Assembly (NCBI RefSeq): GCF_001194135.2
Contig: NC_068992.1
Location: 56,891,912-56,955,911 of the forward strand
DNA length: 64,000 nucleotides
DNA from: Octopus bimaculoides
Taxonomy: Eukaryota
Direction of reading: 5' to 3'
Below are positions 13,361 to 26,010 of this stretch, in pieces. Under the pieces are notes generated by a model. The model was not told the DNA's origin. It worked only from the letters and a program-made list of their open reading frames with translations, and did not search any database. Each line of letters opens with the position of its first letter. The stretch's first letter is position 1. The position numbers were made by a program, and so were the translations under genes.

Positions 13361-13812
13361 CTTCCTCTCCAGTGATGTTAATCAGACTTAGCCAACAGGT
13401 TGGTAAGCATATATCGAGGTTATCCTCTGTACAAGAGCATTAATTCTAATATAACGCAGATGCATTGTACGATAACATGGCTACATCACATAAGTCATCT
13501 AAACTAGATCCCCAAATATCGTAAAATATTAAAATATTTTCTCATGTTCTATATATAAGCTGCAGAGAAAATTTGAGATCTCACCTTCATATATTAACCA
13601 ACTATAACCTATTATTAAAATTACTGTTAAAATTCAATAGTTATGCATGTAACGTATACGGAATGATGAGATTAGGCGCAGCTGCGTAGATGCTGACGAT
13701 TCGGCACGGCTGACTAGACATAGTGCCTGTTTTGGCAACACTACATTAAGGCAGCGGAAGCGAAACACACACAAAGACATACGCACACGAGCAGCAATAT
13801 ATACATATAGCT

Positions 13813-13872
13813 TGAGAGAGAGAGAGAGAGCGAGAAAGAGAGAGAGAGAGAGAGCGAGAAAGAGAGAGAGAG

Positions 13873-13906
<34 letters not shown>

Positions 13907-13970
13907 TATGTGTGTGTGTGTGTGTGTGAGTAAAAGTGAGAGAGAGAAAGAGAGAGAGAAATTGCAATTG
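13813..13970. repeat. (GA)n/(GT)n compound microsatellite
   Basis: Direct reading. Confidence 0.95.
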
Positions 13971-14701
13971 ATTGTAACATGAGTAACATAAACGTTTTCT
14001 CCCTTCCTCACACACATACAGAAATATGTCCATGCACATAAATACGCAGTACGCAAGCACACACGCAGAGAGACAGTGAGAGGATGAAGTGGGAGAGAAA
14101 GGCGTGAGATCCATCAGCATCAAATATGTTGTACCGAAACTGCTGTGCCAAATCGTCTCATACCCAAACATATACGACTTATATTATCATCACCGCTAAG
14201 AATTCTAGAGTTGTCTTTCAATCTTTGTAATTCTAATTATCATTAAACGCTGTATTGGGGAGATTTGTGGGGTTGGCATATCTGAGGTGTGGATATTTTC
14301 GTCTGATGCGCGGCCTGTGAATTTATTTAAATTAATGCAGATTAACGGAAAAGGACAGGTGATGGAAAATTTCTGGTTCTCTGTATATATATATATATAT
14401 TATTGAATCAGAATAATCAAAGAATATTTAACTCACCGGAACATCACTCGGTGTTTTTTCATATCAAAATTCTTTTATCTTATAAAGATGTGTTTCATTT
14501 CAGGATTCTGCTGGCAAAATATTTATAAAGTGTCTATGTTAATAAATTCTCTGATGTGACATGTGGATAGTTACTCGGTTTCTTTGATCAAGTATGTAGT
14601 AAGATGTTTTAATATGAAAATATGCACAGTATGTATACATTACTTGAGCATGACGCATATTACTGTTAGTTGAGTCAAAAGAATCCCATTAAATATTGCA
14701 A

Positions 14702-14753
<52 letters not shown>

Positions 14754-16531
14754 CAAGTAAGTTTTATCTTAATAATTACTACTACACACTCTACTACTAT
14801 TACTATCATTTCCCTGTCTATCTCTCTCCCTCTCTTGTTCTTTATCCTTTCTGTTTTTCTCTCCCAACCCTTCCCTATTCTTCTCTTCCTCTCACCGTTT
14901 CCTCTCTCTCACTCCTCCTCCTTGACCATCTCGTCGCTGACATATGACGAAAGGGATTCTTTCTTTCTATTTCCTGCCCTCCTATAGAGAAGACGTGATT
15001 TTTTTGTCTCTCATTCACATCTAACTAGCGTTCAAAATAATAATTTCTCTATCATCTTGGCCTAATAGCCCTTACCGTTTGTTTTCATTGTCTTGTCTTG
15101 TTTTTACTGTCTTTTACTGTCTTGTTCTCACTGTATTGTTCTTGTTTACACTTTCACCCTCTGCAAAAAATTCCAAATTTTATTTAATTTGCTTTGCGAG
15201 AAGGACTGTTCCAGCTAAGTCGCGTATACTTTGCTTGCCTTCGAAACACGGAGTAGATGTAACAGGGACAACTGATGAAGGGAAATATTCCTTATGTTGC
15301 ATGTCACGTTTTTCTGTTTGCTTTTTTCGTTGTTCGAAAAAAAGTTCGTTTTCTGTTTTCGTCTTTATGTTTTCGTTTCTCATTTTGTTTAACTTTTTTT
15401 GTGATGTCCTCTACCCATATATGCATGTATGTATACATATAGATGTCGGTATGTACATATATGTATGGATATATGCATATTATTATATATTACTTATACT
15501 ATTATATGTATAAATATATATATGTATATATACATATTATGATCACTACTTTCTCATATAGCAGAGCTTTGTAAGTTAAAACACCATATATTATATTGTT
15601 AATTCCTAGTTTACCAGAACATCTTATGCTCCATAGATAGATACTGTATGATGTATGCGCTGATGTCCACTCATGATTAACCCATGACATGAATAGATCA
15701 GCTAATCACGACTGTATCATTTAATCCATCATATCTGTTTTATTACGACGATACCTGTTTCATCCGAAGTGAAGGATCTTCATCTTGTAGGCTCATGGAG
15801 ACCCCCCCTCTCTCTCGCTCTCTCTTCTTTTATGTGTTTAATGTGCTTTAAATTCTATCATATACTAAATGTATGATTTATAACAATTCTGAAAATATCT
15901 GTAACCTTATACTAAATGATATATCATATGCGCGAAAATATATCAAGCACAAAGAGATATATAAAGAAGACCATAAATACAAAATTAATAACAAATAGTT
16001 TGTGTATGAAATGAATATAATATGAAGTAAATTAATAGGCTTCTGAATTTCAAACTGATACAGTTGTGTGCTATCTTGATATCGTATACCCATATATGAT
16101 TTTCACTGCAAATATTTGATTTGGTGATAGATAATGAAAGTTGAAGCGTTGTTTAGTTTGATATATTTCTTCTAAGTATCATATATCCTTTGGTGCTTTA
16201 CTTGCTCGAAATAGATCTCGGTCAACTTATGATATATTCGTATATTGCATCGTCTCATACCCTAACTGGTAATAAATCACACAGGCATACCTCAACTTAC
16301 GTCTTTTAGACTTTACGTGACTGAGTAATAAATGTAACTCCGTCATCTGCGTTCTTTTGTTTCCCTACGTTTATAACCTGCAAAGGGTGCAACTTCTCAT
16401 AAGCGGTACATTTTTCTAGATTTACTGTTTGTAGTCAACATCTCTTCTTTTTGTGTTTCGATTAACAGAGTACTTATGATGTAATTATAATATATGTTTA
16501 TATTCTGTTCTTCACTATTTATATTTTTTAG

Positions 16532-16676
16532 GGCTTCAATGAAGTTGAAAAACATCTTCGTGATAATGGAATATGTATAGCCCGAACAGAGAAGCTTCTC
16601 AAGGACTCTGGTGTGGCTGGGACTGAAGCATATGATAAAATTGTTGACAATCTCAAATTGAAATCAAATGCACGGG
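16532..16676 (+). CDS. mtt: Internal exon A of a metabotropic glutamate receptor-like class C GPCR (Mangetout/mXR-like), Venus flytrap domain
   Basis: Polypyrimidine tract and AG acceptor at 16530-31, GTAAGT donor at 16677. The 145 nt encode GFNEVEKHLRDNGICIARTEKLLKDSGVAGTEAYDKIVDNLKLKSNAR+G. The ICIA motif is mGluR-typical and KDSGVA matches Drosophila Mtt as I recall it. Too short for the ORF track. Confidence 0.92.
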
Positions 16677-17404
16677 GTAAGTCGAATTTTTAGCTAGGGC
16701 ATTGTACAATATATAAACGCGTGTGTGTGTGTTGAATCAGTATTAGACAATCTGGCAATCCTTTTACATGGAATTTCGTCTGCCTTTCGGAACCAAGGCC
16801 CTGAAGAGATTGTATACATAGATATGAATTGTTTATAAATGAAATAATGTTAGTCGAAACAAATTGTTGGCTTTATTTGTTTGTTTTTAAATTGGTTATA
16901 TTATATTATATTTTACAGCATATTATATGATATTATATTATATTATATTATAATGTAATAAATTGTTAGATTGTCAATTGTATTTCTCTATTTAGTTTAT
17001 TGTTTGTAATTTGTATTTATACTCCTATTTATGTGGCATTCAACTGCCGTACCAGTGAATTGGATGTTTTACACCCCTTTGAAGGAATCATTTTACCTTC
17101 GTTTGTTATACTATATTATATTATATTATATTATATTATATTATATTATATTATATTATATTATATANNNNNNNNNNNNNNNNNNNNNNNNNNNNNNNNN
17201 NNNNNNNNNNNNNNNNNNNNNNNNNNNNNNNNNNNNNNNNNNNNNNNNNNNNNNNNNNNNNNNNNNNNNNNNNNNNNNNNNNNNNNNNNNNNNNNNNNNN
17301 NNNNNNNNNNNNNNNNNNNNNNNNNNNNNNNNNNNNNNNNNNNNNNNNNNNNNNNTATATATATATACAGAAAGTGAGTGAGAGAGACTTACAAAGATAG
17401 AAGT

Positions 17405-17590
17405 CATTATTACACCATCCATAGAGGAAAGCTTATGCGAATACTCGTTGCGTATGGAATAACTGATGCCATAGTTCCTGCTATAAATATACTCTACATA
17501 ATATGGATGCTCAGTTTCTCTCTCCTGATGGTGATACTGACGCTTCTGATATCCAATCTGGTGTTCTTTAGGATTGCGCATTGACATCAT
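17405..17590 (+). mobile_element. RTE-clade LINE reverse transcriptase fragment
   Basis: TIHRGKLMRILVAYGITDAIVPAINILY / DAQFLSPDGDTD..SGVL*, matching RTE RT domains 3-4. Confidence 0.85.
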
Positions 17591-17887
17591 ATATTTTCAT
17601 AATCACTCTGATGTATTCATGTTGGAAGCCATTGTTATCGAACAAAATCTCCGTTTTACGTCGACACAAAGGAGGCGGTAGCGAAACCTATCACCTGTCA
17701 AGTGTGGTACAGATTTTGATGAAAATACAAATCTTTTAGCTACTATTGAGAGAAACAACTCACGGAAGACCTGCTCCTCAAAAATTCCTCGATTAACTCT
17801 CAGACGATACAAACGGGAGCAAGAAGGACTTGTCAAGGGCAATGGGAAATCGCGAATTGTGGAGAGACTGTCAGAAATGTGCAGCCG

Positions 17888-18152
17888 TATCTTTTACTCG
17901 TTTCAGTTATTAGACTGCAGTCATGCTGGCGAACTGCCTAGAGTCACTTTTAGCTGAATGAATCGGCCCAAGTACTTATAGTTTTTTAAAGCCTGCTACT
18001 TATTCTATCGGCAATTTGGCCGAACCGCTAAGTTACTGGGATGTAAACACACGAGTATCTATCGACAAGAGGTAGGGTGGGATAAACTGAGACACAAAGA
18101 GTCACACACACACACACACACAGACACACACACAAACACACACACACACACA
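17888..18152 (-). mobile_element. SINE family 3 3' half running into (CA)n and a gap
   Basis: TTTTACTCGTTTCAGT..GCCGAACCGCTAAGTTAC. Confidence 0.82.
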
Positions 18153-19397
18153 NNNNNNNNNNCAAGTATGTGTGAGCTCATATCAACATGTGATGATAGC
18201 CGATACATTTAAGCAGAAATATTATGAATTGATAACTGGATTTCAAAAACACCCGTATCACCATCGTGAGATAGAAATTGAGCTTACATGACTGAATCTA
18301 TCACAATATAAAATATAAGAAAGATAAATAAAATTGGAAGATCGAAATATTAGAAAAAAGGTTGTCTATTTTTTTCTTTTTTCAACAATTTCATATAATT
18401 TTCTTTTGAAAACAGCTTAGCTGATGTTATGAAAGTAATGTGAAGATGTTTCATTTCCACCAAACCGCTCGAAACATAGCAGCTGTTGATTGAGAGATAA
18501 GTAGAGTGTTTATTAGAGAAGACCTCTATGAGAACAATACAGCTAAATACATTTTGATTAGTGTGTAGAGGTTTCTAGTAAAGGAATGTTATGTGAATTA
18601 GTCTAATAATTACAACATTTTCGTTTTGTACAGGCTTTTCTTTTATGTTTGAATTGTTTAATTTGACTGTTATACAACTGAATCGAAATTATCAATTTAT
18701 CTGTAAAGATCAAGTCTGACTATGTAATGGGTAATTACTTTGTGATACAATCATGTTATTTAGTTTGCTGTATGTAACAATTTTCTTTGCTAAAGACTAA
18801 TTGTTTGTCAAGTCTTTTTGCTAAAATTCACCTGCGAACAGCAATCAAAATAAATAGTCAAAATAAACAAGCAGTACACAAATCTATAATGTAGGTATTT
18901 TTTTCTCGTTTCACTAATGTCTAAAATCAACTCTCGAGTGTCTGTAATTGAAGTCATTTCCAAAGGTATTTACGGAATAGAAATTCAGTCAAAAAGAAAA
19001 AAAAAATCCCATTTCAGTGAAAGTCTAATCTTCACCTTCTGCAGTTAGACACTTTTCTGCAGTTCACAGCAGTACATAACGTACTTCACATAAACGCATA
19101 ACAGTACCGGTACAATACTCGACTTTTAATCTACGTAAATAAGGTAAATAATTTTTTAAACGTGCTTTTCGCACATTATTCAAGATAAAATATTTGTCAG
19201 ATATACTCATTATTTCCGTAGAGAAATATATATATATATATACATATATATACATATATATACATACAAGGCTCAATGTGTGAATTGTCGTCTTTCATAT
19301 TTCTTATTTTGCGCAAGAGAATTGCTTGTTTTCGATTTTGTCGACTACACAGTATAGAAGGGTCTGTTGGGCACCGTCTGTGAGGAAAAACAACACC

Positions 19398-19947
19398 ATG
19401 ACGCAATTCACTCTGCCAGAACTGTGGAAACGATATACTGTACTGCTTGGCATTTGCGCCGGAAACTCCAGTACGAATATTTCAAAGTGTTTTGGTATCA
19501 ATCTGAAGACATTGCAATCTGATATACATGTACCGTGAGTAATAAAAATCAAACATCCAGTCAACATCATAGCGTTTGGAATGATCACATGTAATGGCGA
19601 CGTTATGCCTTCATTCCTATTCCCACAAGCCCTCACACTCAACACGGGGTCCTACATCAAGTGTCTTGAGAGGTAGTGCTGCCCTGGGTCAAGAGGGTGG
19701 CTGCTGGAAGACCCAGTTTGGCAACAAGACCCGGTACCACGCCACAAAAGCAGGATAACTCAGTCATGGCTGTCAGACAATTTCTGCGACCACATCACCC
19801 CTAACATCTGGCCACATAACCCCCCAGACAGCAACCCTCTTGATTATCATGTGTGGGACGCAGTTGAACGAGAAACCAACAAAAATTCCTTATAACACCA
19901 AAACTGAACTGAATGCAAGGATTATGGTAGCATTCACCAACTTAAAC
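19398..19947 (+). mobile_element. maT-family (DD37D) Tc1/mariner transposase remnant
   Basis: KHPVNIIAFG..VWQQD-(37 aa)-D in WPHNPPDSNPLDYHVW; I counted the spacing. A short N-terminus (MTQFTLPELWKR..) is fused directly to the catalytic region. Confidence 0.85.
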
Positions 19948-19969
19948 ATTTATTATTATTATTCACATG

Positions 19970-20000
<31 letters not shown>

Positions 20001-20035
20001 GGAGAGGAGAGAGAGACAGAGACAGAGACAGAGAC

Positions 20036-20091
<56 letters not shown>

Positions 20092-20550
20092 CATTTCATT
20101 ATTGAGTCTATTATTGTTCTTATTCTAAATACCAAAATGTTTAGCATCAAATTTATTCAAAGTTTTTTCGGTGAATTCTATACACAGTTACGGATAGATT
20201 CTAATAATTGCATGTTTTTCCATTTTTAACTAGACTTGTATTTCATTTGCTGTATGTATTGAAGTTTCTGTATTCATGAGGTGTTGATGTGTTAAGATGT
20301 CAGTAGGCAGTATCTCATGTTCTAACAGCTGTCGATGTCAAACGTGTCAAATATATTTGTATTATTCTTTAAATCTTAATGAATTTATGACTATGAAACC
20401 TTGCTTTCGTGTGTACTGCGATTTATCTACAGTTGTATAATAATGCTATTCAACAAAAAATTTTCATTGTAGATAAAATTATGTAGAAAGCTGAATGAAG
20501 CGGTGAATAAATGCTATTTTATTGACTTCACTGTGAACTCTAATAAAAAT

Positions 20551-21150
20551 AGGGCGGTGAGTTGGCAGAAACATTAGCACGCCGCTAATTTGCGTGTCGT
20601 CCGTCTTAACATTTTCAGTTGAAATTCCGTCGAGGTCGATTTTGCCCTTCATCCTTTAGAGATTGATAAAATAAGTACAGTAAGTACCAGTTGATAATTG
20701 GGCTAATGTAATCGACTTACCTCTTCACTGAAAGTGTTGGCCTGTGCCAAAAATATGAAATTATTATTAACTACAATAAAGAGGTGAGCTTGTAGAATCG
20801 TTACTACGACGGACAATATGCTTAGATACTTTTCGTCCGTCTTTACCTTATGATTTCAAGTTTCGCAGAGTTAGGCTATGTCTCTCATCATTTCGGAGTC
20901 GATAAAATAAGTACCAGTGAAATACGGAGGTCCATTTTTCTCAACCTACTCTAACCAACAAATTTCAGTCTTTGTACATCTAGTACAAAGCTTTATGGAG
21001 TTTAGAAAAACTGTCGAGATGCTAGACTCCTTAGAACGCTGGGTAAAATACTTAATGACTTTTCTTATGGCTTTATGTTCTGAGATTAAATACCACCGAA
21101 GTTGACTATGCCATTCATCAACTTCTGAGAGTGATTTATTTCATCGATCC
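20551..21150 (+). mobile_element. Three consecutive decayed SINE family 2 copies (20551-20769, 20780-20990, about 21020-21150)
   Basis: Repeated head and TTTCATC..GATAAAATAAGTACC core. Confidence 0.75.
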
Positions 21151-21488
21151 CGAAGTGAAATGACAGAAAGAAAATTGGTCACCTGTAACTCAGGTATCCT
21201 TTCTTAATTTACATTATTGAACTATAGCCAACACTGGCAATCAAATGATGGGATAAAGGCTCAGACATAAACAAAAACACACACTTGCACACACAAGCGT
21301 GCACACGCATATATATTTACAAATGAACATCCACCCATTTTCCATCTTCCATATACAATCACAAAGAATTGATTGGTATAATATAAGGCAATAGTGGAAG
21401 ATTCATCCAAAGCACTACGCAGTGCTACTGAACAATATGTGTGTGTATGTTTGTTTTTGTGTGTGTATATACATGTATGTATGTACGA

Positions 21489-21545
<57 letters not shown>

Positions 21546-22959
21546 GAGATATATGTGTATGAGCTATGTGTGTGTGCGCGTGTGCGTATGTATGTATGTG
21601 CGTAAGTAATAATTATAAGCTTTATGCATATAAGCGTTCACCGTACATTGGTTATACAAAATTGCCTAATATTGGATCATATAAGCCCTCGAGAAAATGA
21701 AAGGATATTAGAATGCACAGGAATTGAACCCGCACCCATTATTTCCTCACACGTACTAATACCCATTTTGCCGTAGAGGGCTAATTATGCTCCAATATTA
21801 GACTATTTTCTATAGGCAATACACGGTGAATGATTATAAGCTTAAAGCTTAGAATTATTACATAATATTCGCTCGTCACCTTTTCTTAATTAACGCAGAA
21901 TACATACGTACATACATACATGCATGCATACATACATACATACATACATGTATACATGTATATATATATATATATACACACACATATACAGAGAGAGAGA
22001 GAGATAAGTGTTTGTATACTGCCATATAGATTGTTTGAAATTTTTCTAGGGAAAGAAAACGGAAGGCTATCTAAGTCTATTCGTCTTATTCTTTTGTGAG
22101 TTGTTCTGTGACATTCTAGCGCCAATCTTAGTTTTGCACAAAAATATTTTTACGCACAGGTACACACGCACGAACTCACACACATATGAAACCATTGGTA
22201 TGCTTGTATATAAAATGAGAAGCGTAGAACAGTAAATAACAAGATGGACATAGACGATAAACGCATATACACACAGCATACATAATATTTAAGGACAGTA
22301 CAGCATATTGCTCTGATTAAATGGAAATAGCAGCATGACGTATGCACTTCAATATTTACTTAAGTGATAATTGCGATTACATGTGTATTATAATTACAAT
22401 TAGGCGCTACGGTACGGAACTATCAACTTTCAGTCTTGCATAATGACATAATGGTAACCGAAGTCAACAAATGCTGCTCCGTGACGAGTAATTCCATATC
22501 AGCATTTCATGAGCATACATAAATATTTCAAAAGAAATCCGAAACGATTAGAGAGACATGCATATGCATATTATTGCATATTATTACAATTGCAAATGCC
22601 GACAATTTACAGCAATCTATTTTCTGTAAAGGAGATTTCCACCACATAATCATGCTTGCTGTAAATAATAACATGTTTTTACTACTCATCATTGCTTCTC
22701 GGTCATTTTCTACGAGACCTTTTTTTTTCAGGTAAATATTAGACAAATGTAAACAGAATAATAATCAATCAATCAATATTATTTGAGCACAATGATAATT
22801 TCCTCTCTGAAAGAAAAGTTCAAAGCTCAAACGTTACAGCTTCATTGAAAATACCCACACGTGTGTATTTGAGACCATTCAACGGCGGTTTATTCTTTTC
22901 TATGTATTCAAGACAGTATGTCCCAAAGGACAGCAAAGTCCTGCTTATAATTCACGAAA

Positions 22960-23137
22960 AGACGCGGCAAAAAATACAACTAAAATCACAGCGTGATTTG
23001 GTACATGTTTCATCGAACCTGAAATCAGGAAAGGCAAAATCGACCTCAGCGGAATTTGAACTCAGAACGTAAAGACGGATGAAGTGCTGCTAAGCATTTT
23101 GTCGATCGTGCTGACTATTCTGCCAGCTCGCTGCTTT
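22960..23137 (-). mobile_element. SINE family 2 copy
   Basis: Reverse-complement head and core. Confidence 0.85.
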
Positions 23138-23165
23138 ATTGCACCGAATAATATTTAATTTGTTT

Positions 23166-23616
23166 AAGGCGGTGGGCTGTCTGAAACGTTGGCACACCGG
23201 TGAAATGCTTAGCGGTATTCCGTCTGTCTTTACATTCTGAGTTCAGATTCTGCCGAGGTCGAAGTTGTCTCTCATCTTTTCAGGGTCGATAAGTTAAGTA
23301 CTAGTTGCGTACTGGATTCGGTCTAATCAACTGGTGCCCCCTCCAAAATTTCGGGCCTTGCGCCTAGAGTAGAAAAGAATATGCCGATATAAAAACGAAG
23401 GTGGTGAGCTGGCAGAAACGTTAGCACGTCGAGCGAAATGCTTAGCAGAGTTTCGTCTCTCTTTGCCTCCTGAGTTCAAATTCAGCCGAAGTCGAGTTTG
23501 CCTTTCATCTTTTCGGGGGTCGATAAATGAAGTACCAGCTGCGTACTGGGATCGACCTAATCGACTGTCCCCCACCCCAAAAATTTCGGGCCTGGTACCT
23601 AGAGTAGAAAAGGATA
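23166..23616 (+). mobile_element. Two tandem SINE family 2 copies, tail B (23166-23381, 23398-23616)
   Basis: Each has head, core and CTAGAGTAGAAAAG tail. Confidence 0.88.
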
Positions 23617-24774
23617 TAAAAACGCCATGTTAAAAATCCAAGAAACGTAAAATGAGATAAATAATATAGCTGTGCGATGAAATCCAAGAAACGTAAAATT
23701 TGATAAATAACATAGCAGTGTGATGAAATTGCTTCATTTGCAAATGATTTTCTGTTTTTCGATCACATCCCGAAGAAATTTACTAAGATTTCCTTCTAAA
23801 ATATCCTTCGATGAAGTAATAATTCTTCCCTGAAATTTGGTTCAGAGAATGTATCCTTCATTTATTACACACACAGTCATATGTATGTAACTGTGTTTCT
23901 GTACGTGTGTATATATATATATATATATGATATGACTATATTTCAAAGCAAGAACGTCCAAAGTCACAAATAATAGCCTATAAATATTGGTTTAAGAACT
24001 CATTAAATAGAAAGATTCGAACTCTACCCAGCTTTATGTTCACACTAACTGGTTCAAATGCGTCGGTCAGCCTCGACTTTTTCTATGCAGTAGGTTTTCT
24101 CACAAAATATTTACAGCTATAATTTATTAAACCTACATCTTCTCGAGATATTGTAGGTCTTTGCCAGTAAGACTAACACAGTCCAATGAAATTCTCTATC
24201 AATTTCAGAAGGTTTAATCTTAGTATCTAGGACTGTGTTGTTGACACACTACGAATTTATGAACTTCGAGGAAATGCGAGGTAATTGTGAAAATAAAGAA
24301 TAACAACATCGAAATCTTGAAACTACAATACAATGCATGATCAATTGAAAACATTCAATAAATAAGCATTATGTTTGACAGAATAATCTGAATGCTAAAG
24401 GATTAATACCATACAATATTCTTTACGCTACCATTGCCACTTTTTCAATTCGACATTTTAAGACTTAACATAATGTGCAAGAGTCCAATATTGCCGGCTT
24501 CTTCAACCGACGTACGTCTCTCATTGAAATCTATTTTATGACAACCATGTTAGACATCAATATTTGCATCATTAAGTATATATCTACCTGGTGGTAACTT
24601 GGTAGCATTGTTTGCGCGTTGGACAGAAAAACATATCTTGCACTGTTTATTCTGACTCTAAATTCTACGTTTAAATCGCGCATGTGTCAGCTTTGCATTC
24701 TATCTGTCCAGAAATTATATAATAAATTAACAGTCAAGACTCTCTGTGCAGATGAAATTAGAAATAATGTTTCC

Positions 24775-24980
24775 AAATCTTGGGACAAAGACAGCAATTT
24801 CAGGGTGGGGCAAAGTCGATTACATCAACACATATTTTCAACAGCTACTTATTTTAGCGACCTCGAAAGAATGTAAGGCTATGTCGACCTCGGCAGAATT
24901 TGACTCAGAAGGTAAAGACAGATGAAATGTCGCTACGAATTTTTCCGAGCATGCTAACGATTCTGCCAGCACGCCGCCTT
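24775..24980 (-). mobile_element. SINE family 2 copy
   Basis: Reverse-complement head and core. Confidence 0.82.
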
Positions 24981-25196
24981 AAAATATTACAAAATTTGAA
25001 AAACAAATCGAATAATATCTGTGTGACACGAACCTACATCACCTGTAAATGGGACAGATGTTCTACCACAAGACCAAGACCATTGCAACCATTCAATTTT
25101 GGTCTCTATTTTAGAAACGTTTTTTCTAACCAACCAGGGTAAACGCCCTTGATATGACAAATTAAAAAGCTAAAGCTATGAATAATAGCGCCTAAA

Positions 25197-25413
25197 TATT
25201 CTTTTCTACTCTAGGCACAAGGCCCGAAATTTGAGGGTAGGGGGCCAGTCGATTAGATCGACCCCAGTATGCAACTGGTACTTGGTTTATCGACCCCCGA
25301 AAGGACAAAAGGCAAAGTCGACCTCAGTGGAATTTGAACTTAGAATATAAGATAGATAAAATACCACAGCGCATTTCGCCCGGCGTGCTAACATTTCTGC
25401 CAGCTCGCTGCTT
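25197..25413 (-). mobile_element. SINE family 2 copy, tail B
   Basis: Near-consensus reverse complement. Confidence 0.88.
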
Positions 25414-25842
25414 TTAGTAGCGTGTAAAATTTGAGTTAGTGAAACACTTTTAATTTCAAAGTCTAAGGCTTAGAGATTCATTCTTCCAACAAAGAATTAT
25501 TTACCGTTCTGGAACTTTCTAAATTCTTACAACGTTAGCATTATATATACATATCTTACCAGTGCATTTGATTAGTATACTGCTTTGCGTAATTTGATAT
25601 TTTAGATAGCAAAATATTTATAATGTCATAAAAATGTTTAACTAAATTCAAGTAAAACATTTTCTTCAAATGCCGTTGGAAAGAATCTTTACAAATGAGA
25701 AAAGTGTGAACTTCCTAGACTGCCTATATATATTTTCATTTTTAAAATAAATAACTTTATTAGTAAGTCAACTTAGTTTTCGAAAAATGCACACAAATAT
25801 ATTACATCTACATATTTATATATCTTATCTACCTATATGCTG

Positions 25843-25898
25843 ATAGATAGATAGATAGATAGATAGACAGATAGACAGATACATACATACATACATAC

Positions 25899-25976
<78 letters not shown>

Positions 25977-26010
25977 ACACACACACACACACACAGACAC
26001 ACACACACAC
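25843..26010. repeat. Compound (GATA)(TACA)(TA)(CA) microsatellite
   Basis: Direct reading. Confidence 0.95.

Noticed and set aside
15230-15300. GAAAC..GUA..CUGAUGA arrangement resembling a permuted (type II) hammerhead
   Set aside because: Stem I cannot form and stem II pairing sequesters core bases. At best it is a decayed Penelope-type tail.
16282-16301. CAGGCATACCTCAACTTACG, a Tigger-like terminus; also a hAT-like CAGTGGTTCC near 8732 and a piggyBac-like end near 24400
   Set aside because: Single short termini without a matching partner end are insufficient to call elements.
1-16531. Preceding receptor exon; acceptors at about 8015, 9257 and 14497 inspected
   Set aside because: They give early stops or unrelated peptides. 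No upstream exon is identifiable in the window.
23634-23725. 46-bp tandem duplication (also an 18-bp one near 32540-32575)
   Set aside because: Ordinary slippage duplications with no further structure.
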